A stretch of DNA of 64,000 bases from the NCBI GenBank assembly GCA_020353515.1, contig CP070695.1, positions 2,279,155 to 2,343,154 of the forward strand, in the 5' to 3' direction. Shown piece after piece: positions 29,901-38,725 of the stretch. The first letter of the stretch is position 1. Every line of letters starts with the position of its first letter. Position numbers and translations under genes: made by a program. This DNA comes from Candidatus Heimdallarchaeota archaeon. GTDB taxonomy: Archaea > Asgardarchaeota > Heimdallarchaeia > Hodarchaeales > Hodarchaeaceae. The notes beneath the pieces are model-generated. The model was not told the origin of the DNA. It made no database searches and saw only the letters and a program-made list of their open reading frames with translations.

Positions 29901-32141
29901 ATCAGTATAATAATATCCTGATCTTAATGGATCTACCGCTCCAGCAGTATGAATAGCAAGAGTAACCCCCTGATTCTTCATCGAAGTATAATCAAGGAAA
30001 GAGATATTTACATAAACATTACTTAGAGGAGTTGCTACTTCATCGTTAACCTGGAATGTCGTAATTATTGCATCACCAGGACGAATATAGGTATCTTGTG
30101 ATTCATTCGTAAATGCAAATAAGACTGTACAGTTATTAAAGGCAGGATCAATGGTGATATCAGTCTTCTGGGTGTCACGCCAAGTTTTATTGAAATTCTG
30201 AAGAGTGTCCGCCCATCCCCAATCATTAATTGCATTTGAGTTTCCTATCCATCGTAAATTCGAATCATTTTCAAAATCAACAGTTATATCCAAGGGTACG
30301 CTTTGAATGTATTCGGTTGTTTCAAGATAAGTTGAGGTGATCTTCACAAAGATAAACCCATTCACATCTGTAAAACGATAATTACCCCAAGCAATAGTGT
30401 TATTTGAATTCAAATAGACACCAGGAATAGATGTAGCTAACTCAATTTTAACTGGTACATCGGCAAAGGTGTCAGAAGTTTGGGTCGAGAAGACTTCATA
30501 TCGGACTAACGCACTTTGGCCAGGACGTATATTAGTGGTATTTGACCAGTTATATTGGATATTACCCACCCAAAAGTCTGGATTAATACTAACATCGTCA
30601 TCAGTTGAAATGGATAGAGTGTCTCCAGTACCCCGCAAGAAACGATGAGGTAGACGATAAGTATCAGCGATGTAGGGATAGCTTGGTTTGTCAATACTCG
30701 TCAGATTCGCAGTAATATTGATATTTGAAACAATGTCTGAATATAAAATGGGATACTCAGCTGTAATATTAAATCCTATATATCCAGTGGAATTTGTGAG
30801 GTAATAGCCTGGGGTTCCACTGAATGCAAAACCCGATGCTATAGTCAATGTCACGCCTGCAGGATAACTATCTAATGTAGCGTTTACAGGAATGTCTCTA
30901 AGGTAATAATAAGGCTGGGTATCATAAGCATATTGTGCACGAACACGAACAGCTACAATAGCAGTTTCAACATTTGGAGGATCTATCTCCCAAGTGGGAG
31001 GTACCGCTTGAAGTTCAATGAAGTCTACATAATCCCATTCATTTAGGACTGTGAAATTGGCAGTTGTACTGGTAGTAGTTTCAAAGTTTTCAGTTAAAAA
31101 TTGTGTCCTTGAAAAATCTGCTGTGACATTGAAGTAGTACTGCTCCTCTGGAGTAGAATCCGAAGTATTGACAACTAATTTTAGTTGACCATCGACATTT
31201 GTAGTGTCATTTGGAGTTCCATATACAGCGTCTCTAAGCTCAAACTGAATACCAAGTGAAGCAGGATCCGTTATTTTACTGTTGTTACCCTTGAAGTGTA
31301 ATCCACTAACCGTAACAGTGACATTTGTTATACCGGTACCACCTGAGTCTGCTGTGAGCATGGTTGTTGCATTTTCTCCTTGACGAAAAGTTTCATCATT
31401 ACTAGCATCATTAGTAAAATCATCAGAGGTGAATGTTGCAACCGAACTTACTTGGAACCTGTCAGTTTTATAAATATAATAATCACTTCCGATACTTGAT
31501 TCAGATACATTTAAAGCAGGGTAATATTGAAATATTGTGACATTGTCATCAGATAGAATCCCCATGGAATTTAGAGTAGCTATATCAGGAATTGTAAAGG
31601 TTGTATTGATCCATCCTACTGTTGGATCATTAGAAAAAGCAGTCGCCCCTGTTGTTCCATTTGTTGTTGCTTTGTGATCAGCATAATATATACAATTTGC
31701 TGTATTATTACCGATAAAGTTTCCCTCTCCATCAGTTTTATTGATTTCAGTGAGTATTTGTTGAATGGTCCAACTAGTTTCTTCAAACAGAAAAAAGTAA
31801 ACATCTTGGTCAACTACACATAGGGAAGGATATTGTCTGAGATTGAACCAATTGCTGATCCAGATTGTACTTCCAGGAAAATATTGTGGTAGAGGATTTA
31901 TAATATCGTTTATGCTGCCTCGTGGAGGGTGAGTATTTCTTAAGGGTGGAATGATACCCGTTTGAGGGGTATCAATTGATGAAAGAATATTTTCTTGTAA
32001 TGGTGTAAGATCGTCAGTATATAAGGAAAATTGTGAGTTAAAAGTAAGGAATTGAAAAAAGTGTTGGGATACTAGTCCAGAAAAGGCAAAAACCATAACA
32101 ATTATTAGAAAGAGTGTTGTACCATTCCGAATTTCTTTCAC
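26979..32141 (-). CDS. Very large surface glycoprotein with Ig-like repeats
   Basis: N-terminal signal/TM, repeated TD..G motifs, D..PP Ig-like junctions, many N-x-S/T sequons and a C-terminal TM. A GTG start at 32141 is likely; the ORF is open to 32201. Confidence 0.8.
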   Translation of the reverse strand: MKEIRNGTTLFLIIVMVFAFSGLVSQHFFQFLTFNSQFSLYTDDLTPLQENILSSIDTPQTGIIPPLRNTHPPRGSINDIINPLPQYFPGSTIWISNWFNLRQYPSLCVVDQDVYFFLFEETSWTIQQILTEINKTDGEGNFIGNNTANCIYYADHKATTNGTTGATAFSNDPTVGWINTTFTIPDIATLNSMGILSDDNVTIFQYYPALNVSESSIGSDYYIYKTDRFQVSSVATFTSDDFTNDASNDETFRQGENATTMLTADSGGTGITNVTVTVSGLHFKGNNSKITDPASLGIQFELRDAVYGTPNDTTNVDGQLKLVVNTSDSTPEEQYYFNVTADFSRTQFLTENFETTTSTTANFTVLNEWDYVDFIELQAVPPTWEIDPPNVETAIVAVRVRAQYAYDTQPYYYLRDIPVNATLDSYPAGVTLTIASGFAFSGTPGYYLTNSTGYIGFNITAEYPILYSDIVSNINITANLTSIDKPSYPYIADTYRLPHRFLRGTGDTLSISTDDDVSINPDFWVGNIQYNWSNTTNIRPGQSALVRYEVFSTQTSDTFADVPVKIELATSIPGVYLNSNNTIAWGNYRFTDVNGFIFVKITSTYLETTEYIQSVPLDITVDFENDSNLRWIGNSNAINDWGWADTLQNFNKTWRDTQKTDITIDPAFNNCTVLFAFTNESQDTYIRPGDAIITTFQVNDEVATPLSNVYVNISFLDYTSMKNQGVTLAIHTAGAVDPLRSGYYYTDGSGRIAVTFTTTYGTTPKNLNINFKVTADFENDSYDKWYVGSKGVRPDFRSNSSYSEITRRITVRPQYFTGYVYIPTTNPPNATLVQHNEVLMTEFRLKLNYPGGDVFPDIDGLNISIQINNTDPADWEMDVSPIWYQDSVDSSVIFYIEMNATGMTPEAMYTLSVTADFGSLKDRIYNFTSPYPSTVPSGKLAGVWVNGTDVTGNYSYVSTVFEVKNIDLIRVWIPSGGVTDPSHPDAGFNITSGLFEVYRGTSQITIEGTYKDNTQDPVQNELIYLYMNHTNQDWVLLDNNVMTDTQGEFSAVITLPATTPLGDNVTIFGFDPTPPTPREGREGVNETRVVTTIDLSNFTLSNFNGTSRFVFVGGSVTISGTLIDDQGLPIDSEPLINPFSSTFTELTNNLRVIGWNGTHEIGIAAIASPNADGTYNISYQIPYNYNKDTLSIRLNITNPGLLHYRVNYNQTPIYIYWDYEIELEIYFPFNDTTIALTSNTIIIVSGVQNRDITIRGNLTDSSDRGLGGKWINTTWNDTISPLPQPVLDDPNAGSFTLDYSFTGLENDTWIWKFCHLLDNGTELSKYYYINLNWIVFDITPPQITMISPTETSPGVALLLPNDVTEIRVTVIDPSLQDVSDGLINGSVKVQINGVNNTMNQIMGQYTFYYNWATPKASVSDITYTILIFASDEAHNWNIYGIDVVFDVVAPTGTIYVTENENGYLDVDSDGLVIISGTVEANNSNTGLNFGFNDASARLFIVNSQRDSIEMNKSITVTDNSFSYDWGIILNPDDLDLLHRNDSFSGYEDWTILVTFSDLAGNEGNVSLDVNLDHTAPNMEITDDLLLEVDEEVMITVSYDDIETGIYLDTLTFELRNATDNVLVTVRYGDTGSNISATNSQATLVFDTSELPEGVYSIRILIRDKTGNNQEVISDSFTIIHPSPPNPFTNIVLLLASPVLAFGGGVGLAALYERIRAMRGG

Positions 32142-32471
32142 TTTTAATCCACCAAAAGGACTTATCTTTGTTATCTTGAAAACGGTCAAATTTCCATTCA
32201 TTGCGAAATTTGAAAGGCTTTAAGGTAAAGTATTAAGTAGGTTCTTTAATGTTTAACCTTCTTTATTTATGTATCCGTATAGAATCTCTAGGACGAAATA
32301 GTATTTTTTTGGTCCTGATATTTCTCTCAAGTTAATTGGGCACTTTGATTTGGTATTCTAGCATTATCAGATTATTACGGGCATTAATTCTATGTAGTTG
32401 GGTAATTTTTAGAAACAGTTTGAATTAAAGCGTTTTCCCATCAAAATTGCCTATCCAAGAGACATACAGCC

Positions 32472-32622
32472 TTTAACAAAACTTAGATAACTGAAAAATA
32501 TGATTTAGAGGAGTTCTAAAGAATAAAGTAAATTCCTCCAGGTCTTCGGTTTTAGAAAGAATTTTTGACAAAAAACAATCATAGAAAGGTTGAAATAAAA
32601 AGGTATTTAACAAAACTTAGAT
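32472..32622. repeat. 17-bp exact direct repeat TTTAACAAAACTTAGAT (32472-32488 and 32606-32622)
   Basis: Read directly in the divergent intergenic region. Confidence 0.6.
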
Positions 32623-32657
32623 GCTTATTAAATATAGAATCAGATCATTTTTCCATA

Positions 32658-33422
32658 ATGGAGTTGGCCTTCATACCATTATTCAAAGGAAGTAAAACCA
32701 AGAAAGCGCAAGAAGAATTCGATCAAGGAATGGTTTTTTATGAGACCCAGCGATATAATGAGGCCCTAGAGAGTTTTAAAAAGGCCACGAAATTATTTAC
32801 TGGTGGAGATCAGAAGAAATTAAGTCAAAGAGCTGAAGCGTACCAATTTTGCGCCAAGGGTTACATTAATATGCTAGATATGAATCTTCTAGATGCAATC
32901 AGATGTTTTGGTAAAGCAAATGTGAAGTTCTCAACAGAAGGATTTTCTGATGAAGCAAAACAAGCCAGAACTATCCAAGCTCAAACTCAAGGAGAATTTG
33001 CTAAAGTAAAAGCTAAAGAAGGGGAATTTATCGAATCCGCGCGGCTTTATGAGTCAGCAGCTGCACTCTATGAGACCACAGGACTAGAAATGGAGGCAGC
33101 TCGAGCTCGAGCCCGTTCGTTTGTTCAAAGAGCGGCAGCGATGGATTCGAACTTTGATAAGGCATATTATTTAGAGAAAGCAGTAGACGAGTTTAAGAAA
33201 GGAAGGGAAGATCCAACACGGTATGAAGCTCACGCATTATATCAACGAGCAAGAGCATTAATTAGTGCGCGAGAAAATGTTAAGGAGGTAATTGACCTCC
33301 TCGCCAAAGCTCATGAGAAATACCATAAAGTGGGAAATACAACACAAACAGAAAAAGTAAGACGATTGTTACAAGATCTAACAGAACAGGTTAAGACTCG
33401 GCCCTCTGAGTTTGGTATTTAA
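32658..33422 (+). CDS. TPR / alpha-SNAP-like helical repeat protein
   Basis: Y.EALESFKKA and ESARLYESAAALY helical repeats. Confidence 0.7.
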   Translation: MELAFIPLFKGSKTKKAQEEFDQGMVFYETQRYNEALESFKKATKLFTGGDQKKLSQRAEAYQFCAKGYINMLDMNLLDAIRCFGKANVKFSTEGFSDEAKQARTIQAQTQGEFAKVKAKEGEFIESARLYESAAALYETTGLEMEAARARARSFVQRAAAMDSNFDKAYYLEKAVDEFKKGREDPTRYEAHALYQRARALISARENVKEVIDLLAKAHEKYHKVGNTTQTEKVRRLLQDLTEQVKTRPSEFGI

Positions 33423-33474
33423 TTAGTAAGCTACAAATTTATATTAACATGAGATTTAATTAATCTTCAGTCCA

Positions 33475-33536
33475 GCCGATGATGACAGCTTAGGGAACAG
33501 AAGGCAATTAATGATGAACGATGAGCGGTCTGAGGC
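33475..33536 (+). ncRNA. C/D-box methylation guide sRNA
   Basis: ATGATGA, 12-nt guide, CAGA, spacer, ATGATGA, 12-nt guide, CTGA; GCC/GGC terminal stem; TATA-like TTTATA about 30 nt upstream. Confidence 0.88.
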
Positions 33537-33566
33537 ATTTAAGCTTTTTTTAGGATTTTAAAGCCC

Positions 33567-34310
33567 ATGACAGTAACAATTTTTCCTCTTCAAGATTTTC
33601 CTCTTATTAATCCTGGAGATGACCTCGCAGATATTTTGGTAGCCGAATTACGAAAAATATCATTAGAAAATGGCGATATCATTGTCATTGCTCATACTAT
33701 TGTTTCTAAAGCGGAAGATAAAGTATACAACCTCGATGAAGTGAATCCGAGCGCTTTCGCTCTGCAAATCGGTGAACTCCAAGAAAAGGATCCTAGAAAG
33801 ATAGAGGTTATTCTTCAAGAGAGCAGCGAGATTATTCGGATGAATGAGCATGTCTTAATAACTGCTACAAAACATGGTTTTATCTGTGCTAATAGTGGCG
33901 TAGATAAATCTAATACTCCTGGTGAGACTGTAGTTGGGCTCCCTGATGATCCTGATTTGTCAGCAAGACGAATAAAGGAGCGAATCCTCCAAGATTTAGG
34001 AAAAAATGTAGCGATCATTATTTCTGATACCTTTGGTCGTCCTCTCAGAGTGGGTACAGTCAATGTTGCCATTGGAGTTGTGGGAATAAATCCTGTTGAC
34101 GATTTAAGAGGTCATAAAGACCTTTTTGGATACGAACTAGTTTCAACTGTTGTTGCTAAAGCGGATGAAGTGGCAGCAGCAGCAGGTTTGGTAATGGGAC
34201 AAGCAGACGAGGGAACACCAGTCATCATCGTACGTGGGGTAGAATATGCGCAAGTTGATACTTCTGCCAAAATTTTGATCAGGGATCGTCACACAGATGT
34301 GTTTCGTTAA
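33567..34310 (+). CDS. cofE: Coenzyme F420-0:gamma-glutamyl ligase
   Basis: PGDDLA, IVSKAE, ANSGVDKSN, DTFGRPLR.G, DLFG, GQADEGTP. Confidence 0.93.
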   Translation: MTVTIFPLQDFPLINPGDDLADILVAELRKISLENGDIIVIAHTIVSKAEDKVYNLDEVNPSAFALQIGELQEKDPRKIEVILQESSEIIRMNEHVLITATKHGFICANSGVDKSNTPGETVVGLPDDPDLSARRIKERILQDLGKNVAIIISDTFGRPLRVGTVNVAIGVVGINPVDDLRGHKDLFGYELVSTVVAKADEVAAAAGLVMGQADEGTPVIIVRGVEYAQVDTSAKILIRDRHTDVFR

Positions 34311-34392
34311 CTGATTCTTCTGTCTTTTTTCGCTGTTACATGGAATTCAATTTAAATTCACCACAAAAACTGTTCAAATATAGTAATATTGA

Positions 34393-34494
34393 GCGCCGAT
34401 AGTCTAGTTTGGCAGGACTCCAGCCTCCCAAGCTGGTGACCCGGGTTCAAATTCAATCCTCTATTGAGAATTCCTGAAAATCCCGGTCGGCGCA
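34393..34494 (+). tRNA. tRNA-Gly(CCC) with 29-nt T-loop intron at 59/60 (34452-34480)
   Basis: Acceptor GCGCCGA/TCGGCGC; anticodon arm CCAGC-CTCCCAA-GCTGG; TTCA/TGAA central helix with AAT bulges. Confidence 0.93.
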
Positions 34495-34522
34495 TCCTCC
34501 AAGTCAAGAAACTGATGTTGCT

Positions 34523-34813
34523 ATGATAGTTCATCTCCAATTTTTAGGATCTCTACAATATGATTTAAAACAACAATCCTTACCCTTTCAGATTTCTTCA
34601 GAGAGATCCTTGCGAGAAATTGTCTCAGAAATTATACAGGATCCGCAATTCAAGGAACTAAAGAGTTTTTTTTCTGAGTCACTTGAAACTAAACGTTCTC
34701 TCTTAGTTTTCATTAATCAGCAAGAGATATCAGTATTAAACGGGATGAATACAAAGGTGAAAGGTGAGGATATCATTACTTTCATACCAGTCATTCATGG
34801 AGGAGCTTTTTGA
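34523..34813 (+). CDS. Urm1/SAMP/MoaD-type ubiquitin-like protein with GG-AF C-terminus
   Basis: Beta-grasp pattern; LVFIN...G....GEDIITFIPVIHGG followed by AF. Confidence 0.88.
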   Translation: MIVHLQFLGSLQYDLKQQSLPFQISSERSLREIVSEIIQDPQFKELKSFFSESLETKRSLLVFINQQEISVLNGMNTKVKGEDIITFIPVIHGGAF

Positions 34814-34846
34814 CAAGATAAATGGTATTTATTGAAGTGATTGAAT

Positions 34847-35773
34847 ATGACGATAAATATGAAAGGACGGTCCTTGTTAACACTTAAAGATCTTACTACC
34901 GATGAATTTCGGTTTTTACTTGATGAGACGTTGAAATTCAAAGGAAATAGGGCTCAACATGTGAAGGATCAACCACTAAGAGGAAAAACATTAGGAATGA
35001 TTTTTCAAAAACGATCTACCAGGACTCGTGTATCAACAGAAACAGCAATGGTCGAGTTAGGGGGGCATGCACTGTTTTTAGGAAAAGATGACATTCAATT
35101 AGGGGTTAATGAATCACTATTTGACACAGCGAAAGTTCTAGGTCGCATGGTATCTGGAATTCTTGCCCGTGTTTTTGATCATTCTGATGTAGAAGTGTTA
35201 GCTAAACATTCAGGAGTTCCCGTAATCAATGCGCTCTCAGATCTGTTTCATCCTCTTCAAGGACTAGCAGATGTAATGACGATCGAAGAACATCTTGGGA
35301 AATTAAAGGGGGTTAATATCGCATGGATTGGAGATGGAAATAATGTATGTCATTCTTTGATGATTTCTTCTATAAAAATGGGGATGAATATTCATATTGC
35401 AACACCGGAAGGATATGAACCAGACTCTACCGTGTTTGATTATTGTAAGAATAATGCATCATCATCAGAACAGGTTAGGTTGACTTATGATCCTATTGTA
35501 GCAGCAACAGATGCGAATGTGGTAGTAACGGACACTTTCATTTCTATGGGTCAAGAGGCTGAAAAACAAGAGAAATTAAAGAAGTTTAAGGGTTTCCAAG
35601 TTAATAACCAGTTAGTACAGCATGCTGATAAGGATTACATATTTCTACATTGTCTTCCTCGTCATGAAGAAGAGGTTACAGATGATGTAATTTATGGTGA
35701 GCATTCAGTCGTTTTCGATGAGGCTGAGAATCGATTACATACTGTGGCTGCAGTATTGAAGAATGTACTATGA
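34847..35773 (+). CDS. argF: Ornithine carbamoyltransferase
   Basis: STRTR, HPLQ, GDGNN, SMG, HCLP, EAENR. Confidence 0.95.
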   Translation: MTINMKGRSLLTLKDLTTDEFRFLLDETLKFKGNRAQHVKDQPLRGKTLGMIFQKRSTRTRVSTETAMVELGGHALFLGKDDIQLGVNESLFDTAKVLGRMVSGILARVFDHSDVEVLAKHSGVPVINALSDLFHPLQGLADVMTIEEHLGKLKGVNIAWIGDGNNVCHSLMISSIKMGMNIHIATPEGYEPDSTVFDYCKNNASSSEQVRLTYDPIVAATDANVVVTDTFISMGQEAEKQEKLKKFKGFQVNNQLVQHADKDYIFLHCLPRHEEEVTDDVIYGEHSVVFDEAENRLHTVAAVLKNVL

Positions 35774-35874
35774 GCTCCATAATACAAATCTACTTGTCTT
35801 AGGAGAAATTATTTAAATAATTGAAGTTTCTTTAAAGTCTGAAAAAAAAAGGAAGAATTGACGAGGCTATATAC

Positions 35875-36381
35875 GTGGTTATAACCCCTATTTGTAACTT
35901 TTGCGCAAAAACTGGAGTATTATGCAAAAAATGCAAACAAAAACTTCGAAAAAAGAAAATCACACAATTAGATGTCGATGTTTCAATTGCTTTCGCAAAA
36001 GCTGAACAACGATTTCCGAAACAACTTCAAAATGTAATCTTGGATTGTGCACAGAAAGTAAATGGTTCTGTTGTGTTATTAACGCGAAATGGTAATAATA
36101 TCTTGGAAAATGAAGAAATTAAACATTTCATCGAAGACGAAATCAGAAAGCCGATTGAGATTGTTGAAAGAAAGTCTGATACTAGAAAGACTTTTGCAGA
36201 TTTCTTTGCACCACTGGATATTCTCGAAATTGATCAGATTTTTGCTCCTCCTGAAGGTGATATTGAGTTAAAGATCACCTTACGCGGGGATCCAGAGATG
36301 CTGAGATATCCTTTGGATCAGCTTAAACAGATCGCTGAGATGATATCAAAGAATCCTGTACGCTTAGAAATTCAAAACTAG
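35875..36381 (+). CDS. Archaeal NusA-like KH protein with N-terminal zinc finger
   Basis: PICNFCAKTGVLCKKC N-terminus followed by a KH-like body. Confidence 0.7.
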   Translation: MVITPICNFCAKTGVLCKKCKQKLRKKKITQLDVDVSIAFAKAEQRFPKQLQNVILDCAQKVNGSVVLLTRNGNNILENEEIKHFIEDEIRKPIEIVERKSDTRKTFADFFAPLDILEIDQIFAPPEGDIELKITLRGDPEMLRYPLDQLKQIAEMISKNPVRLEIQN

Positions 36382-36394
36382 AAAAAATTATGTC

Positions 36395-37021
36395 TTATCC
36401 TCCAAGCAAAAATGTTATTATTCCCCCTATCGACACTCCAAAAAATAGCAGAATACCCTGGATAATACAGAGAACTCCAACAGCTATTGATATAATGGGG
36501 GATGAGAGGACTTCTGCAATGAGAAGGTACAGGTCTTCAATTAACTTTATTGATAGATAGAGTGCAATAAAAATTACGACAAATACAATGGCAAGTAATT
36601 GAATTGATTCAGCTCCCAGTAGAACTAATAGTCCTGCTCCTAGAAGACCAATTGCTAGGGAAATGAAAGCACCGATTCTGAAATCTTTTATTGGCCGAAG
36701 AATTAAGACTAGACTAAGGATTCCTAAACACGCAATTGTAACTAGGTCAAACGCAGGGTATTCATCAATAAATTCAGGCCCAGGATCCCCCATCGTTGAC
36801 CATAAGAGCAATCCTGCTCCTATTGAAAATAATGCAAGAATTCCTACTGGAAATCCAACTAAAGATAATTTATCAACAATACTAGACATATCATCCGAGC
36901 TTACACCTGCTAAGCGCACCAATAGCCACGATGCTGCCAGGAGGCCGCCTAGAATCAGAATAAGGAAACTCCAAAAGATGAGGTTATGTAACAAGTTATC
37001 TACAATATCGACAGCTGCCAT
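36395..37021 (-). CDS. Hypothetical membrane protein
   Basis: About six hydrophobic segments. Confidence 0.7.
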   Translation of the reverse strand: MAAVDIVDNLLHNLIFWSFLILILGGLLAASWLLVRLAGVSSDDMSSIVDKLSLVGFPVGILALFSIGAGLLLWSTMGDPGPEFIDEYPAFDLVTIACLGILSLVLILRPIKDFRIGAFISLAIGLLGAGLLVLLGAESIQLLAIVFVVIFIALYLSIKLIEDLYLLIAEVLSSPIISIAVGVLCIIQGILLFFGVSIGGIITFLLGG

Positions 37022-37197
37022 TTGAATCGATTCCTAAGTAATCAGTCATTTTTTTTCTATAAAAATAACCCAGCTCAAATAGATTAATTAATCCTTTCCT
37101 TTATTATACATTGTGTATTGGCATTTAAAATCTAAGAATATGGCTAAATATCATATACCAGCTTATTTAATTCTTGATAATAATAAATTACGGAATT

Positions 37198-38391
37198 CTA
37201 GAGTTTTGGCCAACCCATGAAATATAGTGAAAGGAGTATATTTATTCCCATTACTCCTAATGAAAAGTATCGAATCCATGGCAAGTATTCGCTGAATTTA
37301 GGTCCTAAAAAGGCAGTTAATAACTTATCTCCATCTAAGAATGGGATTGGTAATAAATTTATCATAGCAAACATGAGATTCAACATGAAGACATATAAGA
37401 TAGTATTAAGCGTCCAGTAAGGGATTAAATTTACTAGGGGAGATGGTGTAAAAAAACGAGATTTCAGGTATTCCCAGGTACGAATTCCAACAAATCCTTT
37501 GCTTGGATTATCTTCACGGGGAACAGTTTCAAGCGGGATAGGCTTTCCTCCTTTCGCAAAGTAGAAAGTGAGAGTCTGATTTGGTAAAATCGAGGAATTA
37601 GCATATTGCTGAAAATCTGCCGCTGATGAAATTGATTTTAATCCATTGGATGAATTTATTGCAATAATGGCAAATCCTGCTTTAATACCTGCTAGAGCTG
37701 CTGGATTTTCAGGAATTGTTTCTATTATTAAAGCTCCACTTGACTCTGTATGATAAAGAGGGGAAATTAATAGAGGAAATCCAAAAGGTAGAATCAGGAT
37801 CAAGATGAAAATGACTGCAACAGCCATATTTGCTAATGCACCAGCTGCCATGATTCGTACTTTAGATCGTCGAGATTTTTGATTGAAGACTTTTTCATCA
37901 GGCTCAACAAAAGCTCCGAAGAGTACTAGAAATATAAAGATCCCTGTACTTTTCAAATCAACCCCCTCAACACGAGCTGCGATCCCATGGGCGAATTCAT
38001 GAACCACGGCTCCAATCATTATAGCTACTAAGAAATATGGGAGACTTTGAAATGATATAGTTATTCCTGGAATAACAGGAGTTACAGCGATTGCAGAGCT
38101 TGTTCCATCACCAGTTGGTAGGAAAAACAGAGGAATATTGATAGTAAAGAAAGCCAAAGCGACTATAAGAATTCCTAATCCAGAAATCACTCCAATGTCC
38201 CAGAAAAATTTCCAAATAATTTGTCCTCTTCCAGCAAGTCGATCAATTAAATTATTCAACTTTTTTGTACGGTAGAATGCATACCCTAGACCGATTTCGG
38301 GATTTTTAACTTCAAACCAGTGAGTTCGAGCAATAGCATTTAAAGAAATCCAGCTAAATCCAACGATTATTAAAAAAATAAGTGGATCCAT
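37198..38391 (-). CDS. Site-2 protease (M50) with PDZ insert
   Basis: HEFAH, GAFVE, AAGALAN, PDZ-like PAALAGI, NLLPIPFLDG. Confidence 0.93.
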   Translation of the reverse strand: MDPLIFLIIVGFSWISLNAIARTHWFEVKNPEIGLGYAFYRTKKLNNLIDRLAGRGQIIWKFFWDIGVISGLGILIVALAFFTINIPLFFLPTGDGTSSAIAVTPVIPGITISFQSLPYFLVAIMIGAVVHEFAHGIAARVEGVDLKSTGIFIFLVLFGAFVEPDEKVFNQKSRRSKVRIMAAGALANMAVAVIFILILILPFGFPLLISPLYHTESSGALIIETIPENPAALAGIKAGFAIIAINSSNGLKSISSAADFQQYANSSILPNQTLTFYFAKGGKPIPLETVPREDNPSKGFVGIRTWEYLKSRFFTPSPLVNLIPYWTLNTILYVFMLNLMFAMINLLPIPFLDGDKLLTAFLGPKFSEYLPWIRYFSLGVMGINILLSLYFMGWPKL

Positions 38392-38617
38392 CTTTTTTTT
38401 TCCGTTTTACTTGGTTATGATTAAAATGAAGCACTCTGTATCCAGTCGATTCAAGCTTATGGTGCGTTTCTCAGCTTAAGGTCATATTTTTCGAATGGGG
38501 CTTAATTTTGTTTGTATAATACTTGCTAAAGGATTTTTTGTCTAAAGAAAAGATTGGTGTTTTCCATGTAACAAACCACCGATAAGCTTATAATTATCTA
38601 TCGCTAAATTAATCGTT

Positions 38618-38717
38618 GGAAGGATCCAATGATGGCTCTAGCCCTCCCGATAAGGCCCAAAAATAGTTTTATTTAAGTCTTAAATGATGAAGATCTTGAG
38701 TTCCGAGGTTTCCTTCC
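38618..38717 (+). ncRNA. C/D-box sRNA; D guide complementary to the tRNA-Leu(CAA) anticodon loop
   Basis: GGAAGGA/TCCTTCC terminal stem; ATGATGG-guide-CCGA and ATGATGA-AGATCTTGAGTT-CCGA; TATA-like TTATAA upstream. Confidence 0.8.
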
Positions 38718-38725
38718 TTCAATAA

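Noticed and set aside
33486-33497. sRNA D' guide targeting tRNA-Gly(CCC) or tRNA-Arg(CCT) in this window
   Set aside because: It needs a bulge or several mismatches.
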